From Ginkgo biloba (taxonomy: Eukaryota > Plantae > Ginkgophyta): 24,307 nucleotides of DNA. Numbering within the stretch: the stretch's first letter is position 1; every line of letters starts with the position of its first letter. The notes under the pieces are model-generated. The model was not told the origin of the DNA and searched no databases. It saw only the letters and a program-made list of their open reading frames with translations. Position numbers and translations under genes: made by a program. The DNA is taken from NCBI GenBank assembly GCA_024626585.2, contig JANKJI020000002.1, positions 50,717,581 to 50,741,887 on the forward strand, given 5' to 3'. Below are positions 22,582 through 24,307 of this stretch, in pieces.

Positions 22582-23088
22582 ATGGCTCCAAGGACCATTA
22601 TTTCTGAGATTCCCATTATTTATAGGTTATAGTTTACCGACATGCATTTTGGAAGGAAACTCTTAGGTGATAAGAATTTAAAAAACTACAATGATATATA
22701 TTACTAGATAGAGAATGCAGACAACCCCTTTGCAGGTGAGAACATGATGGAGGATGATGTGATTTATAGAGAGGACCTCCTATCCATCAAATTCATAGGC
22801 TTACATTAGATTGGTGCCGGATTATATGCGGCAGTCAATATTGACCATATGAACCAATATTGGGTGCCTTTATTGGGGGAAATTATTCTGAATGATAGTA
22901 AGCCAAATCTCTCTAAAATTCTCACCTTGAACATACATACCAATTGAGGCATTGCACAACTAGGGAAAGATTTTTTTATGGCTTCTTATATTATGGATGC
23001 ATGTTGTGCTTGTTTAGAGTTTAACCATTCATTATTTCCTACATGGCCACACGCATCCAATTTTCCCATTCATGTATTATTTGGAGCA
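22582..23088 (+). pseudogene. Decayed accessory ORF of unknown function, probably retrotransposon-borne
   Basis: One frame runs 169 codons from ATG 22582 (MAPRTIISE...) to the gap with four stops. It ends ...YWVPLLGEII...LSKILTLNIHTN*GIAQLGKDFFMASYIMDACCACLEFNHSLFPTWPHASNFPIHVLFGA. The FFMASYIMDACC...W...PIHV pattern resembles, from memory only, repeat-derived hypothetical proteins of gymnosperms. Confidence 0.55.
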
Positions 23089-23599
23089 NNNNNNNNNNNN
23101 NNNNNNNNNNNNNNNNNNNNNNNNNNNNNNNNNNNNNNNNNNNNNNNNNNNNNNNNNNNNNNNNNNNNNNNNNNNNNNNNNNNNNNNNTTACAAGTTCTT
23201 AATAATTATAGGTGAAATGAAAGGATGTTGATTCTATCATAGGGCACGTTGACATTGTTAGAGGGATTTTTCCCACTTCACCTAGATGATGGAAGTAATG
23301 TGAATGGTCTTTGAGAGTAATCTTGGTTATGTATCTGTAATAATTTTTCATTTCTATAAGTTGATTTTCTAACCTTTCTAAAATACTTTTATTGCCCTTG
23401 TGTTTATAAATTATGACTAATTTTGCTATTCTAACATAGGCACCACCGCTCTGGTAAGTGACCATATTCTTTAATCTAAGGTCTTATAAATGTAATATGA
23501 CCAACTTAATGGATTTTAAAGGGATAAATGAATATTTTATTAACATTAAAGGTATATTATTAATTTTCCTATAGTGCTTACAAGTAATTTTGAACTGTT

Positions 23600-24000
23600 A
23601 CGGTTGGGTGAAGTGGTAACTATCTGCTTGCCATTTGAAACATTGTAATGGTTTTGTCTAATTTCCATCCACCATAAGTGAAAGCCTACAGAGGGGGAGA
23701 ATGATGGAGAAGAGTCAGCATAACATGCAATCCATGAGTATGAATGCATTTATTGAACCTTTTACATCAATCTAATGCCTCCCAATTTATATCCTTCTTA
23801 ACACCATTAATGGGTTCTTTCTTATGTTTATTTATAATATTTTTTAATCCCTTCATCGGTCCCTCTAGAGTTGGATTTGATAATTTATTGCCCCTTTTTA
23901 TGATACTATCATGAATATAAAGACATTGAATTGTTCTTATGTTAGGATATTTAGGAGTTACCACCAGGTTAACTAGCTTGCCAATTCTTCTAAGGCTAAC
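23600..24000 (+). mobile_element. Possible highly decayed retroelement RNase H-like segment
   Basis: Weak motifs occur in the expected order across frameshifts: QSNASQFISFL (~23768, cf. ESDSxxLI) and SYVRIFRSYHQVN*LAN (~23935-23985, cf. SHVxRExNxxADxLAN). Confidence 0.25.
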
Positions 24001-24307
24001 ATAGGGTTGATTAGTCTAGCATGGGCCTCCTCTTCGAGTTTTGAGTTATTAACTTCCAAAGGAAAGGACTTCACCTCTCCCTTAGATATTCCATTAGGCA
24101 TATTATTACTACTATTGGACATAATCTCAATCCTTAAAATTATAAAAAATGAAACTATGGGAATCATGTCTGAGAGTCTTTGAAAATTAAGCTTGGGTTT
24201 TTTTCTTAGGCAAGTCAGATCCTTAATTCTATGTTTTATGTCTATGAATTCATTTTTTTGTTGGAATTCCTCTTCTTCTTGTTCATATTCTTATTTGGCT
24301 ATGAAAT

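Larger units (their letters stand above)
647..23188. other. Eleven assembly gaps (N runs)
   Basis: 647-656, 1597-1696, 3948-4047, 10566-10665, 13867-14479, 15602-15701, 17933-18032, 19592-19621, 20739-20870, 22292-22352 and 23089-23188. Six are exactly 100 N, which probably marks unknown size. Confidence 0.98.

Overview
AT-rich, strongly CpG-depleted eukaryotic DNA from a gapped scaffold. It is most consistent with a large-genome land plant, probably a gymnosperm (inferred from long TE-filled introns, heavily deaminated retroelements and element styles). There is no prokaryotic content and no CRISPR. The left half holds the 5' part of a minus-strand nuclear gene for a plastid-targeted 2Fe-2S ferredoxin-like protein (At4g32590 / PnsB3-NDF4 family). 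Exon 1 is at 9007-8789, and the last 5 nt and donor of a probable exon 2 emerge from the N gap at 3947-3943. Intron 1 contains a decayed L1-type LINE and LTR-retrotransposon pieces. The right half holds an orphan BTF3/NAC-beta C-terminal fragment (13440-13360) and a decayed minus-strand Ty3/Gypsy complex (13582-~20145) with two tandem gag-protease units. It also holds two inverted copies of a ~95-bp-periodic G-box (CACGTG) array (12214-13085 and 21571-22291). The second copy lies between a PPT/LTR-like segment and an oppositely oriented accessory ORF of unknown function. This array-plus-ORF module is the most interesting signal. All family assignments come from manual translation and recalled motifs; no database search was run. 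Most entries in the supplied ORF track are artefacts of N runs or chance frames.
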